Below, in pieces: positions 35,866 through 46,389 of a stretch of 46,389 bases of DNA (positions are counted from its first letter, which is position 1; every line of letters begins with the position of its first letter). The notes below the pieces were generated by a model, which was given only the letters and a program-made list of their open reading frames with translations, was not told where the DNA came from and made no database searches. Made by a program: the position numbers and the translations under genes. Origin of the DNA: Basidiobolus ranarum (taxonomy: Eukaryota); the NCBI GenBank assembly GCA_040143965.1, contig JASJQH010000023.1:1-46389 (forward strand). Reading direction: 5' to 3'.

Positions 35866-37386
35866 TCAAGTACGACTAAGATTGCATTCTGTGAGTGGGA
35901 GTATTTTGGTTTTGTTGATAATTTTGTATCCGAGGAATAAGATAATGAATAAAATCACCGCTAGATACTCTCCAAAAGCGTGTAGGAAGTTAAATTTACC
36001 ATCAGAGTATGCATTTACCCCTTGGCCAAATATAACCACCGAACAAAGAACCAAAGCGACAATAGGTCCTAAGGGATATAAACTAGCACGGTAAGGGAGT
36101 TCATCTAAAGTGTGTCCTTGGGCGATGAATGCTCTACGGAATCGGAGGTGACTAATAGCAATACCAACCCAAGCAAGAAAGCCTGATGTACCGGAAGCTT
36201 TAAGTAGCCACTCATAAACAACACTTTCCCCAAATAATGAAGTCAAGAAAGCAAGGCATCCTACAATGGCTGTCAATAACATCGCATACATTGGAACACC
36301 GCGAGAATTGATACGACCAAAAATCTTGGGGGCCATGTTCGAATGGGCCATCATCCATAGAGTACGTGTGCATGCATAAAGAGCGGAATTACCAGCGGAA
36401 AGGACAGTTATCAAAATGATAGCATTCATGATATCTGGTACATAGTCGATTCCAGCGAGTTGAAACCCAAGGGTAAATGGCGATGTTAGGACGTTTTCAC
36501 TTTGTAGTCTTGGATCATCATAAGGAACTAAAAGACCAATGATAAAGATGGCTCCAATGTAAAAGAGTAGAATGCGCCAAAAAACTTGTTTGATAGCTTT
36601 GGGAACGTTCTTTTCTGGATTTTCACTTTCACCAGCGGCCACTCCTACCAACTCAGTTCCCATAAAGGAGAAACCAGCGAGTAAGAAGACGCTTAATACT
36701 CCAAGACCACCATTCACGAATGGAGCCTCTCCTCTGGTATAATTGGAGAAGCCGTAAGTCACGCCTCCAAGAACACCAGCAGCAACAAAAATACCAACAA
36801 TGATAAAGACGACAACTGTGATGACTTTAATCAAAGCAAACCAATATTCAGTTTCACCATACCCCTTGACAGAGATCGAGTTGATAGCCACGATAATTAC
36901 TAAGACGCATGCACTCCATACCCAAGAAGGTACATTTGGAAACCAGTGACCCATAATCAAACTAGAGGCAGAGAGTTCTACAGCTACGGTAAGAGCCCAA
37001 GAATACCAGTAATTCCAACTGAGAGCAAAGCCAAAGGCGGGGTCGACGAAGCGTGCACCATAGGCGTTAAACGAACCAGAGATAGGCATGTAGGTAGCCA
37101 TCTCACCCAAACTAGTCATTAGAAAGAAAATCATAACACCGATTAAAGAATAAGCGAGTAAGGCACCACCTGGCCCACCTTGGTTGATAGAAAACCCACT
37201 GGCAAGAAAAAGACCGGCACCAATAGTACCACCAATAGAGATCATTGATAGATGTCGAGCCTTCAGGGTTCTTTTGAGCCCTCCCTCTTTCTCGTGAGAG
37301 TCCTCAAAACCAGTTTCCACGTCATGGACTTTTTTCTCCTCCACAAAATATGTGTTTGACGGTTGTAACTCGATATCGACACCCAT
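35866..37386 (-). CDS. APC-superfamily amino acid permease, LysP-like (copy 1), intronless
   Basis: LKARHLSMISIGGTIGAGLF, GETEYWFALIKV, GTELVGVAAGESENP and VFWRILLFY, with about 12 TM helices. Confidence 0.95.
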   Translation of the reverse strand: MGVDIELQPSNTYFVEEKKVHDVETGFEDSHEKEGGLKRTLKARHLSMISIGGTIGAGLFLASGFSINQGGPGGALLAYSLIGVMIFFLMTSLGEMATYMPISGSFNAYGARFVDPAFGFALSWNYWYSWALTVAVELSASSLIMGHWFPNVPSWVWSACVLVIIVAINSISVKGYGETEYWFALIKVITVVVFIIVGIFVAAGVLGGVTYGFSNYTRGEAPFVNGGLGVLSVFLLAGFSFMGTELVGVAAGESENPEKNVPKAIKQVFWRILLFYIGAIFIIGLLVPYDDPRLQSENVLTSPFTLGFQLAGIDYVPDIMNAIILITVLSAGNSALYACTRTLWMMAHSNMAPKIFGRINSRGVPMYAMLLTAIVGCLAFLTSLFGESVVYEWLLKASGTSGFLAWVGIAISHLRFRRAFIAQGHTLDELPYRASLYPLGPIVALVLCSVVIFGQGVNAYSDGKFNFLHAFGEYLAVILFIILFLGYKIINKTKILPLTECNLSRT

Positions 37387-37512
37387 TCAGAATATATATA
37401 TATAGGTCAAGGATATGCCGCACTTGTCGGAATTAGAGTTGAAGAGAACTCAGAAAGAGAAGTTGTTGTGCTGTTTAGACCAGCAACTTGGCACATTTAT
37501 ATTCAAATTATT

Positions 37513-37860
37513 TGACTCAGATTTGGATTCAGATCCATCTGTGTCCAAAACGATCAGCCCATTAGCTCGTGGTGGAAGCAGATATCGGTCAGGTGTGTTA
37601 CGTTACACTCTATTGGGATGGTTTGTATGCTCTAAAAGATATAAACACTCGCTTGATTTTATTAGTGAGTCATCAAGAGACGCACCTGTCACTATATCTT
37701 GGTTTAAACTCATGGAATTCATGGAGATTAGGGTGTAAGGTAAAAAGCTTATTTCTGATCAGATGACAGGAATTGTGGGTTACATTAGACCATTATTACA
37801 ACGCTTAGTATTAAATTTTACTATATTTGGAAAGGGGAAGATAAGCAAAGCAGAGATAAG
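37513..37860. promoter_or_regulatory. Putative Gcn4/CpcA (TGASTCA) and GATA (GATAAG) sites in the permease promoter
   Basis: TGACTCA at 37513-37519, TGAGTCA at 37666-37672, GATAAG at 37840 and 37855. Motif match only. Confidence 0.5.
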
Positions 37861-37981
37861 TGGTGGAGTGACATTGAAATAGAAATTCTTCAATTCCAGC
37901 AATCTATCTTTTGATCAACTCGAATTAATTTCACTACTTTGAATGTGTTCGTTTTGGCACATCAATTTGAGGAAGAATAAA

Positions 37982-38067
37982 CTATAATCCCAAGCCATAA
38001 TCCCTAGCTATAATCCCAAGCCATGATCCCTAGCTATAATCCCAAGCCATAATCCCTAGCTATAATC
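37982..38067. repeat. Tandem repeat, 26 bp unit x3.3, built from two 13 bp subunits
   Basis: CTATAATCCCAAG-CCATAATCCCTAG repeated, with one mismatch in copy 2. Confidence 0.93.
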
Positions 38068-39408
38068 TCTTTTAAAATCTATATCTTGTTACATTTGGTA
38101 GGCCGGTGTGCACTATCTCAATGATGATCATCCCTGTATATACTTCAACCTTTTCATTTAGTCCAGAGGATTCGTATTATATATTAGTATCAAAAGCACT
38201 TTAGGCTGTGTGATAGTATAGATAAGAATGTTCTAGCCTCACCTCGCTAGTTTTGTTTTCTTGAAATCACACGTGTATAACATTCGATAGCCTCATTGTC
38301 TTTTTCGTATGAATAGAATATTCCTTTGGCTTTTTTCGACCTGCAGCATACTCACATGGAACAAGAATTTGTAACTGATTTCCTAATTAAATCATTAATG
38401 AGACACTGTCATCATTGGTAATCAGTACCCAGTCCGTAAGAGGACAATCAATAGGAAATTTTTTATTCAGCCACTTAGAGAGTTGTGGTTGCAATGAGTT
38501 TTGGTATAGGTGTTGGTGTTGGTTTTGGTATTTGTACTATTCATGTAGTATCTTCAATCCTATGAAATCCAACAGCTTGGAATCGCTATATCGGTGATGG
38601 TGTGGTCCTTTAGCTGAACGTGGGAATGCTCACTCTGTTAAAGACTCTCCAATGCCAATTTCTAAACCTTAGTTATATTTGAGTGTCTGGAAGTATAATC
38701 TTATCTATGGGTTGAGCTAGCCATATTCCATTAGACCCTTTTCGTCGACCTGTTCACTCACATGCAACTCTTTTTGCTATATCCTTCCTAATGTAGGCCA
38801 GTAAACTGTCAGATAGGGATGTTTTGTCTTGTTATGAAGATTCTGAGATATATGTGTAAGCTCGCGACGTGATCGATTAACTGTTAAGGAACGCAGCAGG
38901 AGCTAGAGTAGCAAAGGTAGGACTTCATTAACTATTCAAGCTGCGTCAGGCATTGGGGAAGTAGCTAACTGAACTGCATCTACCAATTAAATCAATGATT
39001 TCCATATTTGATCATACTTTCCTTTCTTGGACAGCAGTTTTCTCACATGTTACAGTTTTCGTTGGCTCCATGTCCAAATGCGGAGAAGAAGAATGCCATT
39101 TTGGTCATTTAAGATGAGCTCTATTGGATAACTAAAGATCTGGAACAAAATCAGGGAAATCTGCAGGCAAAGACCAGTAGTTTTCTTTAAAAGTTTCGAG
39201 AACAAACAAAACTTAGTACATCTTCTCTACCTTTAGTTTATCTGAATATCTTTTTTAGTCAATTTCTTCCCCCGATAGAGAAGGATGGTTAGGAGATTCC
39301 GAGGTTTTAAAGCTATAAATGAGATAGTTTAGCTCGTGGTGTTACATTCATAACGCTCTGTTCGATTCTCTTTTATTTTCTTCGGCGACAAAAAAACTTC
39401 CACTAACG

Positions 39409-40941
39409 ATGGGTAACGAACTGGAAGTTGAACTTACGAACAGTCATAATTCTTGTTTCAAGGATGCAGAAAAGCTGGCCGATTTAGAAAGCTGCAATGC
39501 TGATGACAAAGATAATCTCCATAGAACGTTAAAAGGTCGTCATTTGTCCATGATCTCCATAGGTGGTACCATTGGTACAGGTCTTTTTCTTGCTAGTGGA
39601 GCTTCGATCGCAACAGGTGGACCAGGTGGTGCTTTGGTCGGATACGCAATAGTTGGCATCATGGTTTTCTTTTTGATGACGAGTTTAGGTGAGATGGCTA
39701 CTTACATGCCCATTTCTGGCTCGTTCAATGCTTACGGAGCTCGTTTTGTTGATCCTGCCTTTGGTTTTGCTCTCAGTTGGAATTACTGGTATTCTTGGGC
39801 TCTTACCGTTGCTGTTGAACTCTCTGCTGGTGGTTTAATCATGGAGTATTGGCTTCCTCATGTACCAAACTGGATATGGAGTGCCTGTTTATTGGTAATT
39901 ATTGTGGGAATTAATTCAATCTCTGTCAAGGGATATGGTGAAACCGAGTACTGGTTTGCCTTGATCAAGGTTGTTACAGTGGTGATCTTTATTATTCTCG
40001 GTATTTTTGTTGCTACTGGTGTTCTTGGTGGTGTTAAGTATGGATTCCGGAATTTTACCCTAGGAGAAGCTCCGTTTGTAGATGGTGGTTATGGTGTACT
40101 CGGTGTTTTCTTAGTAGCAGGTTTCTCATTTATGGGAACAGAGTTGGTAGGAGTGGCCGCTGGTGAAAGCGAAAACCCAGAAAAGAACGTTCCTAAAGCT
40201 ATCAAGCAAGTTTTCTGGCGTATTTTACTTTTCTATATCGGCGCTATTATCATCATCAGCTTCTTGATTCCCTATAATGACCCTAACCTAGTGAATTCGG
40301 GTAGCGTCCAAGACGTGTCTATATCTCCTTTCACCTTGGTCCTCAAACTCTCCGGCCTCAAACCCGCAGCAGATATCATGAACGCAATTATTTTGATTAC
40401 AGTTCTTTCTGCCGGTAACTCTGCTCTTTACGCTTGTACTCGTACTTTATGGATGATGGCTCATTCAGGCATGGCACCCAAAATTTTTGGCCGTGTCAAC
40501 TCTCGTGGTGTACCTATGCCCGCTTTAATACTCACTGCAGTGGTGGGATGCTTAGCATTCTTAACATCTCTTTTCGGAAACGGTGTTGTTTATATGTGGC
40601 TTCTACGTGCATCCAGTACTTCTGGTTTTATTGCTTGGATTGGTATTGCTGTTAGTCATTTTCGCTTCCGTCAAGCTTTCATTGCGCAGGGACATTCCTT
40701 GGATGAGTTACCATACAGAGCTCGTCTCTATCCCCTGGGTCCTTTGATTGCCCTTGTATTGTGTACAATCGTCCTTGGTGGACAAGGATATGAAGCTTAC
40801 AGCAATGGCAGCTTTGATTGGGGAGTATGTATTGGTGGATATCTGGCCATCATCATTTTCCTGGTTCTATACTTGGGCTATAAAATTGTGAACAAGACGA
40901 AGGTTCACAAACTAACTGAATGTGATTTATCTCGCTTTTAG
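39409..40941 (+). CDS. APC-superfamily amino acid permease, LysP-like (copy 2), intronless
   Basis: Close paralog of 35866-37386 with long identical peptide blocks; GGTIGTGLF motif. TATAAA near 39315. Confidence 0.95.
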   Translation: MGNELEVELTNSHNSCFKDAEKLADLESCNADDKDNLHRTLKGRHLSMISIGGTIGTGLFLASGASIATGGPGGALVGYAIVGIMVFFLMTSLGEMATYMPISGSFNAYGARFVDPAFGFALSWNYWYSWALTVAVELSAGGLIMEYWLPHVPNWIWSACLLVIIVGINSISVKGYGETEYWFALIKVVTVVIFIILGIFVATGVLGGVKYGFRNFTLGEAPFVDGGYGVLGVFLVAGFSFMGTELVGVAAGESENPEKNVPKAIKQVFWRILLFYIGAIIIISFLIPYNDPNLVNSGSVQDVSISPFTLVLKLSGLKPAADIMNAIILITVLSAGNSALYACTRTLWMMAHSGMAPKIFGRVNSRGVPMPALILTAVVGCLAFLTSLFGNGVVYMWLLRASSTSGFIAWIGIAVSHFRFRQAFIAQGHSLDELPYRARLYPLGPLIALVLCTIVLGGQGYEAYSNGSFDWGVCIGGYLAIIIFLVLYLGYKIVNKTKVHKLTECDLSRF

Positions 40942-41356
40942 ACTCTAACATTAATAATTAATCATTCATAATCACATTGTAAATAAACTTTCCATCATAT
41001 ACCATATTCATCACATACTACTTTATATGGAACAGAAGACGCGTTCAGTAGATAGATATAGTAAATTAGAATTCGAATCAACGGATATAGAAACTAATGA
41101 AACCTGATTTATTTCCTGGATTAATTGTTCCACCACTCACCATGGTTTGTCTTATTCCAATCATCATGGAATTATTGTTAAGCTTAGTTTGCACATTCAT
41201 TTCATCTTGATAGCGAATGTAATGGAAATGGAAAGATGTGTGCATAGATGTGTATAGGTGATTATTCCATTGAAGAAAGTCGATTTATTGGGAATGCTAA
41301 TTGAAGGTGCGAATGGTATTTGACAGTGTCGTTGAAAATTACAGTTAGTTAAATGT

Positions 41357-43132
41357 TTATAATTTGGCTTTGGTATTCTTCTCGGCAGGGATTTCCGATT
41401 CGAAGAGTTTCTTCATGTCTTCAGCAGCTTCAGCCAAACAATAGGATAAAGTATCAGCACCCAAGTTCATGCTAGTGACGGTGAAATGTAACGCGTTGTT
41501 CTTGATGATATAAGCAATACCAAAACCATCGGGTACTACTTCACCATAACCCCAGCTATCAAAGTGCTCACTGGCGAGTTGAGAAGTAGAGAGATTCCAG
41601 TGGGAAGAATTGGCGTAAGCAGGGTCTTGGAAAATGGCAGGTTTGGTTTCACCAGGACGAAGTAAAAGACGTAAACCAAGTAAATGTCTGTCAACACCTT
41701 GACCATTACCTGCTGCAACCATATATTTTACATGGGCATTGAAAGCAGCTCTGCCAAGGGCGATCTTCTTTTCCTTAGGAACGCTAGGATCTTCCATAGC
41801 TTTAATGAATGCCACGGATTCGCTGGATACAGTACGTCCAGTTTCAGTTCTACCATGGGCGAATTTACGGGTGGTAGCGGCTTCATATGTTGGATGACAG
41901 ACGCCGTGCATCTTATAGTATCCAAGTTGAATGACCATTTGCACGAAAGCGTCAGGACTGGTACGGAACTTCTTGATCAAATTCTTTCCAAATCCATAAT
42001 AAGCAAGTGCGTTAAGATCATGTTTGCTCATTAATTCATCAAAGTTCTTCTCGGAGACCGCGACGGCTTTCAAGGCTTGTTCGCTGAAACGAATATTCAA
42101 TCTTTCAGGAGTACTAACATTGGATCTGACAACATTAGGGCCAAGGTTAATTTTTCCATTGGCCAAGTTGGACAAAACATAATCACACAAGCGAGCGGTG
42201 GGTGTACCATCCATGCAGGAATGCTCTCCTAAGAAACCGGCCTTACCATTCTCAAAAACGATAAATTGAAGTGATTTATCGAAGTATCTGTTGCGACCGT
42301 CACCAGCCCAGCAGCTCCAGCTATGCTCATTACGGTTTTTGGGTGAGTAATCATCTAAGCAAACCAGTAAAATAGAGCTTTCGAGTTTCTTAAGAAGTCC
42401 CTCATTCTCGGGAGCTGACTGAAGAATGATTGGACGAACATCAGCCCAGGTGTCACGGTTATCACAAGTAATGGCACCAAGAGCAGGTGCTTTGTCTGAA
42501 CCGGCGTCAGCGATGATTCTCTCAAACTGGTTTTCCAACTCCAGAGCAGAGAGTTGTTGACCGTTATGGAACATATCTATGATATAGTATTTATTCTTAC
42601 GAACAACTGCTATGTGATTATTGGTAGCAGGGTCGTAAGTTTCTGCATAGTCAGAAGGCTTCTTTGGATATCTGCAAGCGTTAAACATATATTTATAGGA
42701 GGACATGCAGAAGGGAGTTTTGCTGTTTCCTTCAGGGGAAAGCTTCTCAGTCAGGACCAAGTCTCTGAACTCCATAACGGCGGTGACAATACTAGCGGCT
42801 CTCTTTGAGGGAGTTTTTCTTAACTGATCATCTTTGAAAGTATAGAAGTAAGAAACATATGGTACTAAGGGATCTCTATATCCCATATAAGCAAGATCGT
42901 TCCACCATTCCTCTAACCAGTTCACAACCTTAGCGTCGCTGGCTCTGGCCAAGAGACGTTTTTGTAACTCTTCACCCTGACCACCAGGTTTCAAAAAGTC
43001 TTTTACAGCTACTTCGGTCTTAGCATAGGCTTGGTCATCTAATAAAGGTCTCACACTTTTGAGATACTTTTGGCAAGTATCTTCAAGTTTAGGTACTGGG
43101 AGTTTAGAAAGGGAGTTTTGGAAGCGGTACAT
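41357..43132 (-). CDS. CAT2: Carnitine O-acetyltransferase with peroxisomal PTS1
   Basis: LSKLPVPKLEDTC, NWLEEWW, NRYFDK, catalytic GEHSCMDG, SPDAFVQ, TYEAATTRKFAHGRTE, GVDRHL, LSTSQ and C-terminal AKL. First ATG is at 43132; probable 5'UTR intron 43215-43153. Confidence 0.92.
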   Translation of the reverse strand: MYRFQNSLSKLPVPKLEDTCQKYLKSVRPLLDDQAYAKTEVAVKDFLKPGGQGEELQKRLLARASDAKVVNWLEEWWNDLAYMGYRDPLVPYVSYFYTFKDDQLRKTPSKRAASIVTAVMEFRDLVLTEKLSPEGNSKTPFCMSSYKYMFNACRYPKKPSDYAETYDPATNNHIAVVRKNKYYIIDMFHNGQQLSALELENQFERIIADAGSDKAPALGAITCDNRDTWADVRPIILQSAPENEGLLKKLESSILLVCLDDYSPKNRNEHSWSCWAGDGRNRYFDKSLQFIVFENGKAGFLGEHSCMDGTPTARLCDYVLSNLANGKINLGPNVVRSNVSTPERLNIRFSEQALKAVAVSEKNFDELMSKHDLNALAYYGFGKNLIKKFRTSPDAFVQMVIQLGYYKMHGVCHPTYEAATTRKFAHGRTETGRTVSSESVAFIKAMEDPSVPKEKKIALGRAAFNAHVKYMVAAGNGQGVDRHLLGLRLLLRPGETKPAIFQDPAYANSSHWNLSTSQLASEHFDSWGYGEVVPDGFGIAYIIKNNALHFTVTSMNLGADTLSYCLAEAAEDMKKLFESEIPAEKNTKAKL

Positions 43133-43772
43133 AATAATCACAGAAATTGGGTCTAGAACAGAAAATTCACACTTGTAGAGCAAATTTAGAAGCTACAAGT
43201 ATGGAGGAGGATTACCTGGCTTAAATATGTAGTTGTTGAATTGTTCCAGTGGACCTTACGTTACATGTAGCACATGAAATTTAACAGATGATCTTACTAA
43301 TAATAATCTCTTTTAATATCCAAATCATTCAAAATATCATGTAGATGCACCATGAGATTGATATCGATATCTACAAACCAATCAATCTACCGTGGTCTCG
43401 GGTAAACCGGCAGGCGTGAGACAACAATTAAGTAATACACTATAGATTGTGCACCTAACCTAACAATCGGAGTGGCGTTGAGGAGACTACACTAGCAACA
43501 TTCCGGCCTACTCGCGCTAGTCAATGTACTCAACACTTGCTATAAATCCATCTTAACGTGGCGTTTTGTCCGAGAGTAGCAGAACTTTATTAGTTGCGGG
43601 AAATGCTGGGATTCATGTAATCATAACCAGCATTTATTTTAGGTCAAATCTATAGAGTGGAACATATTTTTACAAAACATAAAGTTGCACATATTAAAAT
43701 ATAACAAAATGAAGGAGATATAAGTGATTGGTATTGTACTGTTAACGAAACATTCACGAGTTAAAAAACCAT

Positions 43773-45004
43773 CTAGAAGTCTAGGAACTTTTCCCGGAAA
43801 GGGTCTTCGGTAGGCATGCCATATATAACGTTGGTTTCTTGATACATGTCGTAGTTGCTAGTATCTCCATCACTAGTAACGATTGGAACGATTGGTGGCT
43901 GCACCTCAAGGCGCTCCAGTCGGTTCCAGTCGATCTCAGCAAACCACTTGTGGTTCTTGATGTCTTGAACCCCACCTTTGAGATTACCGTAACGTTTGGT
44001 CAAGTCGGCAGTTGTTAGTTTCTTAATCAAATCTCTAGCATCAGCGTCAATATGTGGTGGCCATCTGATTTTTCCTGCGAGAATCTTCTCGTATAATTTG
44101 AAATGGTCATCGTCATAGAATGGTGGATATCCAGCAAGCATCTCAAATATAAGAACTCCGAGCGAATACCAATCAACCGCTCTACCGTAACCCTTGGATT
44201 GAATGATCTCCGGTGCAAGATAATCTGGTGTACCGCATAAGGTCCAAGTGATATCAGGAACATATTTGGCAAAGCCAAAATCGGTAATCTTGATGTGTCC
44301 TTGGCTATTTAATAGTACATTCTCGGGCTTAAGATCACGATAAATGATACTTTTTGTGTGAAGATACTCGAAGGCCAATGTAACTTCTGCTGCATAAAAT
44401 TTAGCAACATAACCAGGAAAACGCTAGAGAAATGGTTCGTTTAATATTCTCCTCCAAAAAGAATTGGAATAACACTTTGTAAAAATACCTGGAATTTTCG
44501 GAGATAGCTGAAAAGTTCTCCACCAGCTACATACTCCATGATCATATAGAGATTAGTGGTATCCTGAAAACTACCGATGATATTCACAAGGAAAGTATTA
44601 TGGCACAGCTCTAGAACAGCTCGTTCGTGATTGACATGCTCAACCTGTTTCAACCTTACTACTTCCGTCTTTTTCAGCACCTTCATAGCATAAAAGCGAC
44701 CATTGGCCTTCAATTGAACCAGATGAACACGTCCGAAAGACCCGGTTCCAATGGTTCTCAATATTACAAAATCCGACAACTTCAGTATGTACTTTTCTGG
44801 TTTTAGCGAAGGAAGATGAATTTGAGGTTGAGCACAAGCTGGGTTTATCGGAGCGACTGATGGGTATGAGTGATGTGATTGTGATGTAGGGTTTTGAACT
44901 GAATACGGAAGGGCTGTGGAAGGGAATTGATGAGAGTTCGGTATCTGGCAAGGATCTATGTTTTGAAAGGAATCCCCAGCCATTATATTCATAGTGTTTG
45001 ACAT
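43773..45004 (-). CDS. PKA: cAMP-dependent protein kinase catalytic subunit; exons 45004-44489, 44423-43773
   Basis: [44 protein letters not shown] and terminal FLDF. GT-AG intron at 44488-44424. Confidence 0.96.
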
Positions 45005-46006
45005 GGCAAACTTAGGGAGACGGGTAAGGGAAGGGAGACTACTTGGACAAATTCCCCGCTCGTTGTGACTAAATAAAAAAAAGCAACACTCCTTGAATGA
45101 TTCCCAATAATCTGTATTTAGGGGGAGTGGATTGTTTTGAGAATTAGAATTCCTTGTAGAAAGCCTCTTCCCAGACTTCCTGAAAAAAAAAGAGGCCAAC
45201 TTAAACCAGTTAATATAAAATGATGAATGGGGAAAATTTAAACTACACAAGCAATAATAAATTGAACATAATTAAATTCTCGACCAGTAAGTTCACCATT
45301 GGCAACGTGTGAATTGATTGCGACCTAGATGGAAAAAAGTAAGCCTTGAGATTAGCCTGGAACTGCCCAACTTTCGTCCAATCTTTCGATATCGAGATAA
45401 CATCTGGACCAATCCTTGCTCTGCGGTTAAACCTTTAGGGTTAGCTTTATAAATAGTTGCTGGGCCAAATATCTATGCAAGTCTTTATGCACTGACCACT
45501 AATATTTATCTATTTGAAGTAAAACTTGACTGAAGTTGGGCTTATTCTAGTGACTTGACTATGTGGCCAGTCTTGTCGATATCTCGTACCCAATTTCCTG
45601 ACTAGTTAGTAGAGCTTCAGATAATGCACAATTCAAATGGGTTTTCAGGTTTACAAGTGTAGTATGACTGTTACATGATTCATTATTTTATGTAAATCAT
45701 CATGGTTTGAAGTTTCCAAACGTTTCAGGATTTTCCATGATAACGTAAATAGAAGCATGTGTTGGTATGGGAATTGCTATGGGGATTGCTATGGGTCAAT
45801 AAAGTACAGTAGGGTTGAGTTATTCGATCAAATGGAAAGATGCATTCGATCTTAGGAAATTTGGAAACACGTTGGTGTGTCATTAATGCTATCAGTGCAT
45901 CGATTTGAAACGTTCTCTTTATTCAGCAGATAAAAGAGGGCAGTCTTATTGCTTGATATGTTGTAGAGATTTAGAGCTCACATCCTTCCCTTGGATACTT
46001 TCTACC

Positions 46007-46389
46007 ATGCTTCCTCAACATCTCTTTCTAATATCTGCTTTACTATTAGGTGCTTATGGTAAACCAGGTGACGTGAAGAAGGAGGCAGGGTATGGTAGTA
46101 GTGCTGCAGGTGAAGTGAAAGATAGCTCTACAGCTACCAAAACTTCCCCCGATCCGGCGGCGGATGGCATGGTTTACACTACAGAAACCATTAAGCATGA
46201 TGATGGCTCAGAAGAGTATATCATAACCGGAAAACAGGCAGATTCTTACGAAACAGTTGTAGGAGCTGGTGATTTTTCTTATGAAACCATTGCTGGAGAC
46301 GGAGGATATGCATATGAAACATCGTCCAGCGAAAGTTCAACTTCTAAATCTGGATATAGTTCTAGCTCTGATTCCAAATCCGGTTACGG
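46007..46389 (+). CDS. Secreted Ser/Gly/Tyr-rich low-complexity protein, 5' part (runs off the window end)
   Basis: Open frame MLPQHLFLISALLLGAYGKPGDVKKEAGYG...SYETVVGAGDFSYETIAGDGGYAYETSSSESSTSKSGYSSSSDSKSGY with a signal-peptide-like start and no stop before the edge. Confidence 0.7.
   Translation, partial: MLPQHLFLISALLLGAYGKPGDVKKEAGYGSSAAGEVKDSSTATKTSPDPAADGMVYTTETIKHDDGSEEYIITGKQADSYETVVGAGDFSYETIAGDGGYAYETSSSESSTSKSGYSSSSDSKSGY

Noticed and set aside
1..46389. Functional gene cluster or novel multi-gene system
   Set aside because: The genes are functionally unrelated housekeeping loci; no shared pathway or cluster backbone enzyme is evident.

Overview
Gene-dense eukaryotic (fungal) genomic DNA, AT-rich, with short GT-AG introns of about 55-105 nt. 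The gene content (TPX2-like spindle factor, Na,K-type P2C ATPase, bacterial-LysP-like permeases) points to an early-diverging fungus. A Zoopagomycota/Mucoromycota lineage such as Basidiobolus is plausible, but that is inference only. In order, the window holds: a partial SLAC1/Mae1/Ssu1 transporter, UTP14, TPX2-like, TRAP-alpha, MOCS2B, YOS9/OS-9, ELP5, PCH2/TRIP13, a mitochondrial thioredoxin, TMCO4/DUF726, and an ANKRD13-like gene. Next is a ~7.5 kb gene-poor, repeat-rich interval (telomere-like inverted 16-mers, a ~300 bp inverted repeat, a 38 bp tandem repeat) containing a small spliced COX7 gene that the ORF track misses. Then come an intronless P2C ATPase, a decayed ISU1 pseudogene, RPS12, RRN11/TAF1A-like, a head-to-head pair of LysP-like permeases, a peroxisomal carnitine acetyltransferase, the PKA catalytic subunit and a partial secreted Ser/Gly/Tyr-rich protein. 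I see no CRISPR array, tRNA, rRNA or intact transposase, and I cannot demonstrate a novel multi-gene system. The best leads are the altered ion-binding sites of the P2C ATPase, the possibly horizontally acquired permease pair, the fungal TPX2 and the telomere-like/inverted-repeat structures. All family calls come from motif recognition by eye, not database searches.
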